Shown: in pieces, positions 40,314-51,417 of the stretch
Position numbering within the stretch: position 1 is the first letter of the stretch
Layout: each line of letters opens with the position of its first letter
Assembly (NCBI RefSeq): GCF_028641065.1
Contig: NC_073413.1
Location: forward strand, 5,952,001 to 6,016,000
Reading direction: 5' to 3'
Length of the DNA: 64,000 nucleotides
Source: Leucoraja erinacea
Taxonomy: Eukaryota
Position numbers and translations under genes: made by a program
The notes under the pieces: model-generated
Told to the model about the DNA's origin: nothing
Databases searched by the model: none
What the model saw: only the letters and a program-made list of their open reading frames with translations

Positions 40314-40730
40314 AGTAGTAGTAGTAGTAGGCCGCTCGGTCATGACTGACCATGGGTGATGCATCCTGGTCAGATGCAAGCCTGGGCGATGTCATATGGA
40401 GGACAGGCTGTTGCCCATGAAGCACGTCGTTGATCGATCCAAAGGAACAGCAGGGCTGTTACAGTTTGGCAGCAGCACCGTCGCAGGAGCTGCCAGAGCG
40501 AGGTTGTAGACAACGACGAACTGCCTTAGGGGCTCTGACTCCAGATTTTCTTGAGGTTTACACCTGGAGCCTTTTCCATGACTGGATATGGCCACAAGGC
40601 AGAGCAGGTTTTGAATCAGTTTTCCCTCTCCTAGATGGACTGCCTTCCCAGGCTGATGAGCCCCATCTGCCCGAGACTCGTGGGCACTGGAGCGTATATC
40701 TTCCCGTGCAGGTCTATAGCACCTGCTCAC
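40314..40730 (-). mobile_element. RTE-related non-autonomous retroposon with (TAC)n tail
   Basis: Minus strand has 'ggcagtccatctaggagagggaaaactg' (RTE 5'-UTR-like, from memory) and ends 'cctactactactactac'. Confidence 0.55.
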
Positions 40731-40749
40731 ACATTAATCTTAATCCAAA

Positions 40750-40970
40750 AATAGACACAAAGTGCTGGAGTATCTCAGTGTTTAAGAAATAACTGCAGAT
40801 GCTGGAAAAATCGATGGTGGACAAAAAATGCTGGAGAAACTCGGTGGGTGAGGCAGCATCTATGGAGCGAAGGAATAGGCAACGTTTCGGGTCGAGACCC
40901 TTCTTCAGTCAGGCAGCATCTCTGGAGAATATGGATAGGTAACATTTTGGGTTGGAACCCTTCTTTGGAC
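40750..40970 (-). mobile_element. Tandem Penelope-type repeats with hammerhead core (40881-40908) and a degenerate second copy
   Basis: Minus strand CTGAAGAAGGGTCTCGACCCGAAACGTT; a second decayed core at ~40940-40968. Confidence 0.75.
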
Positions 40971-42696
40971 TCCATTAATTTACATACATTTTAAGTAATT
41001 AATGACTATTTAGATTAATCCGATTTTTTACATTTGTTCCACATTCATTCCTCCCCTCCGATTCTAATACTCACAAGGGACAATTTCCAGAGCTCATGTA
41101 AACTACCAACCCACACATCTTTAGGATGTGGGAGGAAATCAGACCACCCATGGAGAAACCCAAACAGTCAAAAAGATAACATACAAACTCTACCCTGGAC
41201 CAATAGACTGTTGTATATAAAAAATCTCTTTTCTTTGGGTTGTTACACATGGCCTAGAATGGTGTATACAGGTTCTGGGTTCCATACTTGAGAACAGTAT
41301 ACTTGAAGTTCCAGGAGGTTTACGAAGAGCCTCTACTCTCGAGAGTTTATTCAAATAAGAGGTAATGTTACTGAAATTGTGGAAGCTCAGACAATTTTTC
41401 AAGACAAATTTAGGGAAAGTGTCGGTGACTCTTGGGTTAGCAAAAGAAAGTGAAGATAAGATCCTGATCTTATTGAATATTAGAATGCTTCAAGGGTCAC
41501 ATGGCCTACTTATTGTTCTATTTCTTATGTTCTCCAGAGACGCAAGCACAAAATTCCACCTGGTTACTCAAGAACAGAATCAAGTGGAAGCTGCACTGTC
41601 AGAATGACACTTTCTGATGAGAGATCATCATCTTAAAATTCATATAATACCAAAACTGGCCCTTATGCCTTAAAAAAAATCATGCTGACAAACAATAATA
41701 TTATATTAGTCACACTTTATTCTCTATACATTCACATTAACTTACCCTGGATTCTATTACGTATTGACAGCGATTACTCTTCATGCTCTCAATTTCCTTT
41801 GTTTGGATTTAAAATCTTAGTTTTGCATTGTACCACATGGCATTCAAACGCAATGTCAAATTCTATCATATTTAGTCACTCCTCCTTAAAGGGCCCCATT
41901 TTTCATTGCACAAAACAACATCCAAAATATCCTTTACCCAACTTGCCTCCTCAACATACTGATTTAGAAAAGCATCTCAAAAACATTCTAGGCATTCACC
42001 TTTCACCCTGTTGGAACAATTTAATTCATCCAGTATAAATATAGGTTAGTTTCCCATGATTACTGTATTACTCCTGTCTCACACATACCTCTAATTTCTC
42101 AATTAATTCCACATCCAATATTACATCCACTACTTATTGGCCTATAATTAGCTCTTACCAGTATTTTCAGCCCTTTACTATTTCTTAGCATTGACCCAAA
42201 TTGATTCTTGTGGTATATCTTGATCTATCGTGGTAAGATTATTTCTCAGCGTTTAGTTCCCATCTGTGGTCAACCTATAGCCATATTTTCACAGTGGCAA
42301 TAAGATTACAACTATTTACTATTAGTATCATTAATCTCTTTGATCCTTATTTTTCATAGTGCTTTGATTCCTGTTGCAATGAGTTTATCTTACCATCAAC
42401 TTCTTTTTCCTAAAGCTTTTCTAACTTTCCATTCCTGATTTCCCTTTGAGGTTCCCAACCCACATGTAATGTCCATCACTCTGCAACCCCCACCTTGACC
42501 AAATCCCATGATCATCCCTCTCAAACATTGTTTCATTTGTATTATCTACATCTTTAAATTTCTCCACTATTGCCTCCATCTTCCACCTCCACCGTTTGGT
42601 CTATGGACTTCATTTTCCCCATTACTGGTCCCTCAGGCTCAGCCGTTTTCATTCCATTGCCCAGACTTTCTTCCAGTTTTCTCCTTATCCTTCACG

Positions 42697-43125
42697 GGGA
42701 GAGATTGGATAGACTTGGAGTGTTTGCTCTAAAGTGTCAGAGGTTGAGGAGAGACTTGATAGAAGTATATAAAATTATGAGACGCATAGATAAGACAGTC
42801 AGAACCTCTTTTTCCCCCAGGGTGAAAATGTCCAACAGCAGAGGTCATAGCTATAAGGCAGGAAGGGGGAGATGTGCAGGCAAGGTTTTTTTTTCCCCAC
42901 ACAGAGAGCAGTGGGGACCTGGAACACATTGCCAGAGGTGTTGGCAGAGGTAGATACAATCATGATGTTTAAGATGCTTTTAGATAAGCACGTGGAAGTA
43001 CAGGGAATAGTGGGATATGGAGCACGTACTGGCAGACAAGATAAATTTAAACCAGACATCATGCTCAGCACAATCATGGTGGGCAAAAGGGCCCATTTCT
43101 GTGCTGTACAGTTCTATGTTCTATT
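42697..43125 (+). mobile_element. CR1/HER1-like LINE 3' end
   Basis: Translation GERLDRLGVFALKCQRLRRDLIEVYKIMRRID..SRGHSYK..FPTQRAVGTWNTLPE..FKMLLDKHV plus the conserved tail. A similar shorter piece lies at 43530-43710. Confidence 0.85.
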
Positions 43126-44071
43126 TCCTATTACCATGCTCCCCAGCCACCAGCTCTGCCCATCACCTCACCCAGTCCTAAACCTATGTCACTATTCTAT
43201 CTCCCTGAAGAAACTCCTTAACTCTTCCTCAATGACCAAACTTGTGGACATCTGCTCTAATATTTCCTATTACAGCAAAGTATTAAAGTTCTTCCCCGGG
43301 GGGTGGGGGGGGAGTTGTGACATTTTAATCACTGCTTTGTTGCGACTTATTTTGATGGGCTGAACATTCTCCGGACCCCAGTGGGCGAGTGGTGGTGCAG
43401 TCTCGTCAGGGTGGACGCCAGGACGATCCTTCTCCCAGCAATGAGGCACAGCACCATCGGTGGAACTCCCAAATGAAGGCGGCTCACCAGCACGTTTTAA
43501 AAAATAGTTTTCTAGTTTTCTAGCATTTGCGGAGGCAGATACGATAGTGGCGTTTAAGAGGCTTTTAGATAGGCATGTGGAAATGCAAGGAAAAGAGGGG
43601 TTTGGATTAATGTACTGGCAGATGAGATCAATTTAACTAGGCTTCATGCTCGACACAAACATTGTGGGCAAAAGGGTTAGTTCCTGTGCTGTACTGTTTA
43701 CTGTTCTGTGCTATATTTCCTCTCATCTCGCTCCCCACCCACGCCAGCTCTGCCCATTACCTCCCCAATCTTCCCTTGCACAAATCCAGCTTTGTGCTCA
43801 GATCCAATTTGTTTACACATAATGAAGATACCCTCAAGGCAGAGCAACAAAAGAAAATCCACCCTGGAAAATCCTATTCTTCATCGTCAGACCCTACCCG
43901 AGCCAACACATGGTAGGAGAAGCCATGGTCAATGATGCCCAATGATGTTGAACGTTGTTGATCAAAATAAGAAAAAAGATCTGATCAAGGAAAAGTCAAG
44001 TTTGTAACTACATAAGGGGATTAACAGCGTTTTACAGAACTGAAGTGCTCCATAGTAATGATCCAAGTTAC

Positions 44072-44077
44072 TTTATT
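44072..44077 (-). terminator. Candidate polyadenylation signal (AATAAA) of THAP7
   Basis: tttatt on the + strand ~580 nt downstream of the THAP7 stop codon. Confidence 0.5.
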
Positions 44078-44659
44078 TTAAAAAGGCAGCATATTCAAAT
44101 GTTACATTTCATGTCAGGCAAACATCAACAACTGATTGCGAACAAATGCCCTCCTGCACATCTTGGTGCCTCAGAACAATGGCACCAGTCACCACACACT
44201 GCTGTCATATAGTTCCCTCTCAATTCCCTGCCCAGCCACTTCAACCTCACCTAATTTAATCTCTTCCCTGGTCTCATTACCACTCCACATCTCCTACCCA
44301 CTTATCTCACACTGTTCTTCTCTGCCTCATCTTATCTCTCCCATTAATCTCTCTTCTCTCAGTCAGGATTCATGCTTCTCCCTAACCCATTCTGTCCATC
44401 CCAGAAGATCCCATCCCATCCCCTCTATCCACCTACCCCACCTATCCTAGCACTCTCCTCCCCAACCATTCCTCTTCATGCACTGATTACCTCCCCACCA
44501 GACGCCACCCCGTCCCATAAACCCCATAATTCTCAGTCCTCTCCCCTCATTGTAGATCAATTCAACTCCAAGCACACCTCTCCCTCCCTACCTCTCCTCT
44601 GTGTGTGACGGCTCTTCACCTTCATTGCTCTGGGCACCATCCTGGAGGCTTGGTTCTGT

Positions 44660-45371
44660 TCAGCTGGTCACTGGGTTGCACAGTTCAACAGCGTCGTTTA
44701 TTACCTGCACCTCAAACACTTCCACCGGCTGGGCCAGATGGTTGGGCAAGCCCAGCTTCACCCGCCGCCCCCGGACACGTGTTTTCAGGAAGGAGGTGAT
44801 GCGGGACCTGAGCCGGCTCTCGCGCTTCTTGCTGGCCCGCAGCTCCTTGCTGACCTTCTCAAAGGCCTCGTTCAGGACCTCCGCCCTCTTCTTCCAAACC
44901 AGCGGGCAGCCCACGGTATAGCTGTGCTCGACCGTGACGTGGGCACCAGGGTTCATGGGCGCACTGGGAAGGCGTGCCATGTACAGCGCGATGGGAATGA
45001 GGGTCCCAAAATCCTGCAGCTCCTCCTGGCTGTGGGCCGGGAGGTCAGTCAACACATCGGGCTGAGACAACAGGATGCTCATGCAGGCTTCCTCTTCACT
45101 CTCGGTGCTGTCCAATTCCACCGGCTCTGACTCGGTGTCCACCAGGTAAATTACAGTGGGCACAGAAGCCTCCAACTCAGCCTGGCTCGAGCACAGCGGG
45201 GCCTCGGTGAGCAGCGTATTGCTTGAGCAAATGCTTTCACTCACCCTCGCCTGGGGGACGGAATAATCTAGGACAAAGGTGGAAGCATCCTGGGAACTGC
45301 TGAAGCTCGTCTCCAAACTGGACGTGGGGTCCCCGAGATCCGCGTCGGGTAAAGCAGCATTGTTAGTGAGA
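44660..45371 (-). CDS. THAP7: THAP7 coding exon 4 (acidic linker, HCF-1-binding motif EHSY, coiled coil, stop)
   Basis: Acceptor CTTCTATCCATCTCCAG|, phase 2. YMARLPSAPMNPGAHVTVEHSYTVGCPLVWKKRAEVLNEAFEKVSKELRASKKRESRLRSRI matches the THAP7 C-terminus (YMLRLPP..NEHSYQVGSALLWKRRAE..KRREQRLR). Confidence 0.92.
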
Positions 45372-45519
45372 CTGGAGATGGATAGAAGAGGGGAGTTAAA
45401 CACAGGGGAAGCGCTACAGTGAGCACACAAGGCAACAATGCCAACTTTCTCCCCTTCCCAAGTGCTATTCCTGACACACAGCCACTCTCAATAGCTCACC
45501 CATGACCCTTCTCTGATGG

Positions 45520-45885
45520 AACAGGCCCTTTGGCCCAACTTGTCCATACCAGTCAAGATGCTCCTTCTAAGCTGGTCTCATTTGCCCGCATTTAACCTAT
45601 ATTCCTCTAACTCTTTCCCATCCACTTACCTGTCCAGTGCCTTTTAATTGTTGTTATAGTACCTGACTCAACAATCTCTTCTGGCAGCTCATTCCATATA
45701 GCCACCACCCTGTCTGTGAAAAAGTTCCCCCTCAATCTTTCCCCTCTCACCTTAAACCTATATACTCGGGTTCTTGATTCCCCTACTCTGGGTAAAAGAC
45801 TGTGCATTCACCCTATTTATTGCTCTCATGATTTCATACACCTCCATAAGATCACCCCTCAGCCTTCTGCACTCCATGGAATAAA
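45520..45885 (-). mobile_element. CR1/HER1-like LINE 3' end in a THAP7 intron
   Basis: Minus translation RLRGDLMEVYEIMRAINRV..LPRVGESRTRVYRFKVRGERLRGNFFTDRVVAIWNELPEE. Confidence 0.85.
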
Positions 45886-46154
45886 GCTGAAGCCTTCAAG
45901 TCCTGATATAATCTGACAGCAAATATTCAATGATATTCACTCAAGAAAGCATCAACACTAAAACCTGAATCTGCTACATAGCCAGCCTGGGGACATTGGT
46001 TCTTATTATCTCTGCTCCAGTGGTGGTAAAGACTGGACGCACTCTTATGGACTGGCCATCTGATTGCTGCCATTCAAAGCACTAAGAGCCAACAAGGGAG
46101 CAAAGGACTCAGATTTTTGGTGAAAAATCAAGTGTTAAAGCACCAACCCCTCAC

Positions 46155-46277
46155 CATTCACCGGTGGCCATTGGTGCTGCTGCCTTTTCTTTGTTTGCTC
46201 TGGTCGACTTCACTTTTCCTCGAGGACTCGGTTGGAACAACGTGGGGACCGCGTCATCGCGCAGCCGGTGATAACCA
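46155..46277 (-). CDS. THAP7: THAP7 coding exon 3 (end of THAP domain, AVPTLF box)
   Basis: Acceptor TTCTGTTTTCGCAG| and donor TG|GTGAGG; encodes (S)GYHRLRDDAVPTLFQPSPRGKVK...; phases 2/2 are consistent. Confidence 0.92.
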
Positions 46278-46369
46278 CTGCGAAAACAGAAGGTGAACGA
46301 TGAACTCCGACCCCGACCTCCCCACAACCAGAATGTCACAGGCTAGAACACAACAACACTGCAACATCC

Positions 46370-46485
46370 TTCTGTGTAGGAAGGAACCAAAGATAGACTC
46401 AAAAAGCTGGAGTAAATCAGCGGGACAGGCAGCATCTCTGGAGAAAAAGAATAGGTGACGTTTCTGGTCGAGATCCTTCTTCCTT
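46370..46485 (-). mobile_element. Penelope-type repeat, hammerhead core truncated
   Basis: Family sequence 'gtgtaggaaggaac..agctggagtaaatcagcgggacaggcagcatctctggag..ggtgacgtttctggtcgagatccttcttc'; the CTGA box is missing. Confidence 0.7.
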
Positions 46486-47310
46486 TTGTGTCATCTTCAT
46501 GGAACAAGACTGAAAATGGACAGATTACGCCAAGACGATTTTTGTTTAATTGAGGGACTGCAACAAGCACGAGAGGGTGCAGAAGTGCCAGACTCAGAGG
46601 TCAGACATCATAGTCCAAGTATGAAAGATCAGGGTCAAAGTAATTATCACGCCATTGTTGGACAAGAGGAGAATAATGAGAGCTGGGGACGAGGAGATTC
46701 CAGGTGATGTGGAAGAGGACAGAAACCAGGGATATGTCAGCTTAGGTAGAGTTGCGCATCTTTATCTAAGTAAGGAACAGAGTAATGCAGCATGGATACA
46801 TCAGGAACTGCAGCATCAGGAACTGCAGCTGCTGGATTCTTGCATAGAAATCAACATGCTGGAGCCAGGTTGCTACTCTGGACATGGATATGTGATGTTT
46901 CAGGTTGATATACCTCTCGGTTGCTTGTAGTATGAGGCAGAAAGCTGGAGGAGAGGTGGGGGCAGGACAAGCCTGTAAGTGATAGGTGGATGCATGGATG
47001 GTGGACAAAGGCTAGAGATAGGGAAACAAAAGGACGTTGCCTGAAACTAGAAAATTCCACTTTCATGTAAATTTAGTTGCAAGATGCCCAAGCAGAATTT
47101 AAGGTATTGTTCTTAGTTATCGCTTGACCTCTACGTAGCAACGGAGAAGGTACAGGACAGACAAGCCAGTGTGGAGGTGGAAAGACTTAAAATAACACGA
47201 CCAGAAACGGCCATTGAGCTTTCAGACCCCCTTGAACAGTCAATCCTCTATTCTACCGCGTTTTTTTAAACACTTAAGCCATTAGCAGTCACACTGATGC
47301 TGCATATTAC

Positions 47311-47466
47311 CTCAGTCCCACAAGTTCAAAGCACTGTTTTTCAAAATGCTTTGAGCAAAAATAGACAAATTGCGATGAAGGAGTCCAGGGAACAGTCCCA
47401 TCCGGGTTCCTTCGACAACAGTTCAGCAACCAGATCTCACGCTGACTTTTCCCTTTCTTTGGTAAC
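47311..47466 (-). CDS. THAP7: THAP7 coding exon 2 (THAP zinc finger)
   Basis: Acceptor TTGGTTTACACAG| and donor GAG|GTAATA; 156 nt encoding (R)[51 protein letters not shown]. Confidence 0.95.
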
Positions 47467-47575
47467 CTGTGTAAACCAAGACAAATCAAACAACATACTG
47501 AAGTAGTGTGACATGGAATATTGCAGGCATGCTGAGGAGGAATGAGGCCAGGCGTGCTGGTGCTGCTGTACTGAC

Positions 47576-47655
47576 CTGTGAAAGGTGATGCCATTAATTC
47601 GTGAGTCCTTTGTGTCCCTAGATCTGCATCCCTCAGCAGAGCAGTGACGAGGCAT
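47576..47655 (-). CDS. THAP7: THAP7 coding exon 1 (start codon); spliced CDS totals 1071 nt, 356 aa
   Basis: GCCATGC start; [26 protein letters not shown](R) closely matches THAP7 [27 protein letters not shown]; donor CAG|GTCAGT. An upstream acceptor TTTCTCTCAG| at 47677-47678 implies a non-coding first exon. Confidence 0.95.
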
Positions 47656-47999
47656 GGCAGGCACTTTGGGAGCAGCCTGAGAGAAACCACAGAGGCTTCA
47701 GTCTCATAATGATCATCATTCCACATTCTTCCATATTCCCCAAATGGGCCATTAAAGAGAACCAAGATCAGGAGACAACAGTGGTCATGGGGCCAAAAGG
47801 GAAGGCGACGGTGGAGGGGAGACATGGGCAATAGACAGGGAGTCAAGAGGACAGCAAAGTGGGGCGTGGGAAAGAGAGAGGCAACCAAAGGGGTGTGGGG
47901 GAGAAGGGCACCAAACGGGAAGAGAGGGGTGGCCAAAGACAGAAGGGGGGTTTGGGGTGAGGGGCAGATATGGTGATGATGACAAGGGTAATTTGCTCT

Positions 48000-49910
48000 C
48001 CGCAAGCCCCCCTCCCTGCTCTGGTCTCTGCCCTACTATCCTCATTCCCCCTCCTCCCCTCCTCCTTTCCCCATCCTCCCCTCCTCCTTTCCCCATCCTC
48101 CCCTCCTCCTTTCCCCATCCCCCCTCCTCCTTTCCCCATTCCCCTCCTCCTTTCCCCATCATCATCCTTTCCCCATCCCCCCTCCTCCTTTCCCAATCCT
48201 CCCCCCTCCTCCCTCCTCCTCCTTTCCCCACCCCCCCCTCCCTCCTCCTCCCCTTTCCCACCCCCCCCCTCCCTCCTCCTCCTTTCCCCCCCTCCCCCCT
48301 CCTCCTTTCCCCATCCTCCCCTCCTCCTTTCCCCATCCCCCCCTCCTCCTTTTCCCATTCCCCTCCTCCTTTCCCCATCATCCTTTCCCCATCCCCCTCC
48401 TCCTCCTTCCCTCCTCCTCCCCTCCTCCCCCTCCTCCTTTCCCCATCCCCCCCTCCCTCCCTCCTCCTCCTTTCTCCTTTCCCCCCCCCCCCCCCCTCCC
48501 TCCTCCTCCTTTCCCCCATCCCCCCCATCCCTCCTCCTTTCCCCTCCCTCCTCCCCCCTTTCCCCATCCCCCCCTCCCTCCTCCTCCTCCTTTCCCCATC
48601 CCCCCTCCTCCTTTCCCCCATCCCCCCTCCTCCTTTCCCCATTCCCCCTCCTCCTTTTCCCCATCTTCCCCCTCCTCCTTTCCCCATTCCCCCTCCTCCT
48701 TTCCCCATCCCCCCCTCCTCCTTTCCCCATCCCCCCCCCCTCCTCCCTCCCCCATCCCCCCCTCCCTCCTTTCCCCATCCTCCCCTCCTCCTTTCCCCAT
48801 CCTCCCCTCCTCCTTTCCCCATCCTCCCCTCCTCCTTTCCCCATCCTCCTTTCCCCCCTCCTCCCCTCCCCCCCTTCCTCCATCCCCCCCCTCCTCCTTT
48901 CCCCCATCATCTCCTCCTCCTTTCCCCATCCTCCCCCTCCTCCTTTCCCCATCCTCCTTTCCCCATCCTCTCCTCCCCATCCTTTCCCCCCATTCCCCCT
49001 CCTCCTTTCCCCATCATCCCCTCCTCCTTTCCCCATCCTCCCCTCCCTCCTCCCCATCCTTTCCCCATTCCCCCTCCTCCTTTCCCCATCCTCCCCTCCT
49101 CCTCCCCCCCCTCCCCCTTTCCCCCCCCCTCCCCTTTCCCCATTCCCTCCCCCCTCCTCCTTTTTCCCCCTCCTCCCATTCCTCATCCTTCCCCATTCCC
49201 TTCCCCCCCTCCTCCTTTCCCCATCCTCCCCTCCTCCTTTTCCCCCCCCCCCCTCCTCCTTTCCCCATCCCCCCCTCCTCCTTTCCCAATCCCTCCCCTC
49301 CTCCCTCCTCCTCCTTTCCCCATCCCCCCCTCCCTCCTCCTCCTCCTTTCCCCATCCCCCCCCCCCCTCCGTCCCCTCCCCTCCTCCTTTCCCCATCCCC
49401 CCCCCCCTCCTCCCCCCTCCTCCTCCTTCCCCCATCATCATCCCCTCCTCATTTCCCCATCCTCCCCTCCTCCTTTCCCCATCCTCCTTTCCCCATCCCT
49501 CTCCTCCCCATCCTTTCCCCCATTCCCCCTCCTCCTTTTCCCCATCATCACCTCCTCCTTTCCCCATCATCCCCCTCCTCCTCCCCCCCATTTCCCCCCT
49601 CCTCCTTTCCCCATCATTCTTTCCCCCATCCCCCCCTCCTCCTTTCCCCATCCTCCCTCCCCCCTCCCCCCCTCCTCCTCATTTCCCCATCCTCCCCACC
49701 CCCCCCTCCTCCTCCTCCTCCTCCTTTTCCCCCTCCTCCTTTCCCCATCCTCCCCTCCCCCTCCTCCCATCCTTCACCCTCCCATTTTTCTTCTTCTCTT
49801 CCCCTCCTGCCAACATCCTTTCCTGCCTGTCTTCTCCCTCCCACTTCTCTCCATCCTTCCCTTCCCCTCCCCTCCTGCCAGCCTCCACCCTCCCTCTATC
49901 CTTCCCTCCC
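48000..49910. repeat. Polypyrimidine minisatellite, unit approx. CCTCCTCCTTTCCCCATCC(C)n
   Basis: About 1.9 kb almost entirely C/T on + (G/A on -), lying between the THAP7 ATG exon and the shared CpG island. Confidence 0.97.
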
Positions 49911-50400
49911 TGCGCGCTCTCTGCCTCACTCTGTCCAGTCGACCTCACTAAAATGGCGGCCACATTGGCTCCTCGTGACGTCATCACACAGTCGCAACCC
50001 CCCCCCCCCCCCATAAAAAATCTTCGGCCGGCCGTGAACAGCGCATGCGTGGGATGCGTGCCGAACCACACACGCGTCGCGTTGCGTGATGACGCACAGG
50101 TCCGACCGACCCGCCCCCCCCCGAGGGGTTGTCGATGCCGAGAGGAGACGAGAGGGTGATCGGCGCCGGCGGCGGCGGCGGCGGCGGCACCGGGACCTCC
50201 ACATCCCCCACACGTCTGACGTGAGGCTTGCGAGGGCCGCCCGCAGAGGTGTAGCGCCGGTTCACCGCGGGAGAAAGCGGAGGTACGTAGTTCTGCGGGT
50301 CAGGGGGGTCAATGGCACCAATGGGCCGCAGCACACACGTGATCAGAGGCCCCGCTGCCCTCGTCTCGGATTTAAAGGGCCCGTGTCCCACCTTAACCCC
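49900..50400. promoter_or_regulatory. CpG-island bidirectional promoter shared by THAP7 (-) and ZBTB45 (+)
   Basis: YY1 AAAATGGCGGC 49950-49960, ATTGG 49964-49968, full CRE TGACGTCA 49976-49983, NRF1 GCGCATGCG 50041-50049 and half-CREs at 50090 and 50217. Plus-strand donor AG|GTACGT at 50282/50283; minus-strand donor candidates GTGAGG at 49948 or 49929. Confidence 0.8.
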
Positions 50401-50726
50401 CCCCCATCCACCCTGATAAAGGGAGCCATATCCCACCTTAACCTCCTCCCCACTGACATGTTAAAGGGTCCATATCCCTACTTAATCCACCGGCCTGTTA
50501 AATGTTCCCTATCCCTCCTTATGGGTCTGCAGCTTATTGTCCAATTGCAACCTCCATGAATGGCCCAGGAGAGGCTCTGTTAGATGGCAGCCAGGGCACG
50601 GGTGGCACTGCCATAGCCTCAGTAAAGAGTCCTCAGCCTTGGTGCAGAAGATCCACAAGGAAAAAAAAGTGCCGGATTTACTTAGTGGGTCAGGCTGATG
50701 TCTGTGAAAGCCCCCTCCCCTGACAC

Positions 50727-50842
50727 GAGTCTGAAGAAGGGTCTCGACCCGAAACGTCACCCATTCCTTCTCTCTAACCCGTTCCTACGCTCCAGAGATG
50801 CTGCCTGGCCCGCTGAGTTACTCCAGCATTTTGTGTCTACCT
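50727..50842 (+). mobile_element. Penelope-type repeat with intact minimal hammerhead core (50731-50758) in ZBTB45 intron 1
   Basis: CTGAAGA-A-GGGTC-TC-GACCC-GAAAC-GTC followed by the family tail 'acccattccttctct..ccagagatgctgcctggcccgctgagttactccagcattttgtgtctac'. Confidence 0.8.
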
Positions 50843-51417
50843 TGAGCTTAAGTTGATTGGCAGTGTTTATTGGAAATGCATCCAGCAAATGAAATTGAAG
50901 TGAAGTTGATTTGCTAATATCTGATGGCAGGTTGTGATCGCAGGCCTTGCCCTATATCTAGCATCTCCGTGTCATGCTTTGCCCCACTCTCCCACCTAAT
51001 TCGTTATTCCCCACTGCTTTCTCTATATTTACAATCTCCCCTCCCATTCATGCTATTATTGTTTGCCCTGTTCCCATCCTGCTCCACTCCCTCTTTCCTC
51101 ATCTGTTGGGTAAGATAATGTTGAATTATAAGATAGAATATCCTTTGGGGAATGTTAGTATGTTAAAAATTTGAAACTCCATGTCTGAAAAGAAGATGGA
51201 AATAGAAGCCATAAAGAATTTGGATATCCATTTGAAGAGGCGTGATCTGTAGGACTACCGATTTAGTACTGGAGGACAGGATTAGACTGGGCAGTTCTTT
51301 TACAGCTGACATTTAATGGATTTTACAGATGACGGGCTGTATAGCCTGCATGGTAAACTTTCTGTGATTTCTATGATTCTGGTTTGCAGGTTGACTTGTG
51401 CAGTGAAACAGAGCAGA

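Noticed and set aside
44601-45130. Plus-strand ORFs overlapping THAP7 exon 4 (and minus-strand ORFs over ZBTB45 exons)
   Set aside because: Antisense shadows of GC-rich coding exons with no domain signal.
47785-50159. Long Pro/Ser-rich (+) and Gly-rich (-) ORFs up to 729 aa
   Set aside because: Translations of the C/T minisatellite; open in many frames on both strands.
51316-51417. N-terminal extension of the 558-aa ORF
   Set aside because: Begins upstream of the splice acceptor at 51388-51389 and partly in a LINE remnant; homology starts at ATG 51418.
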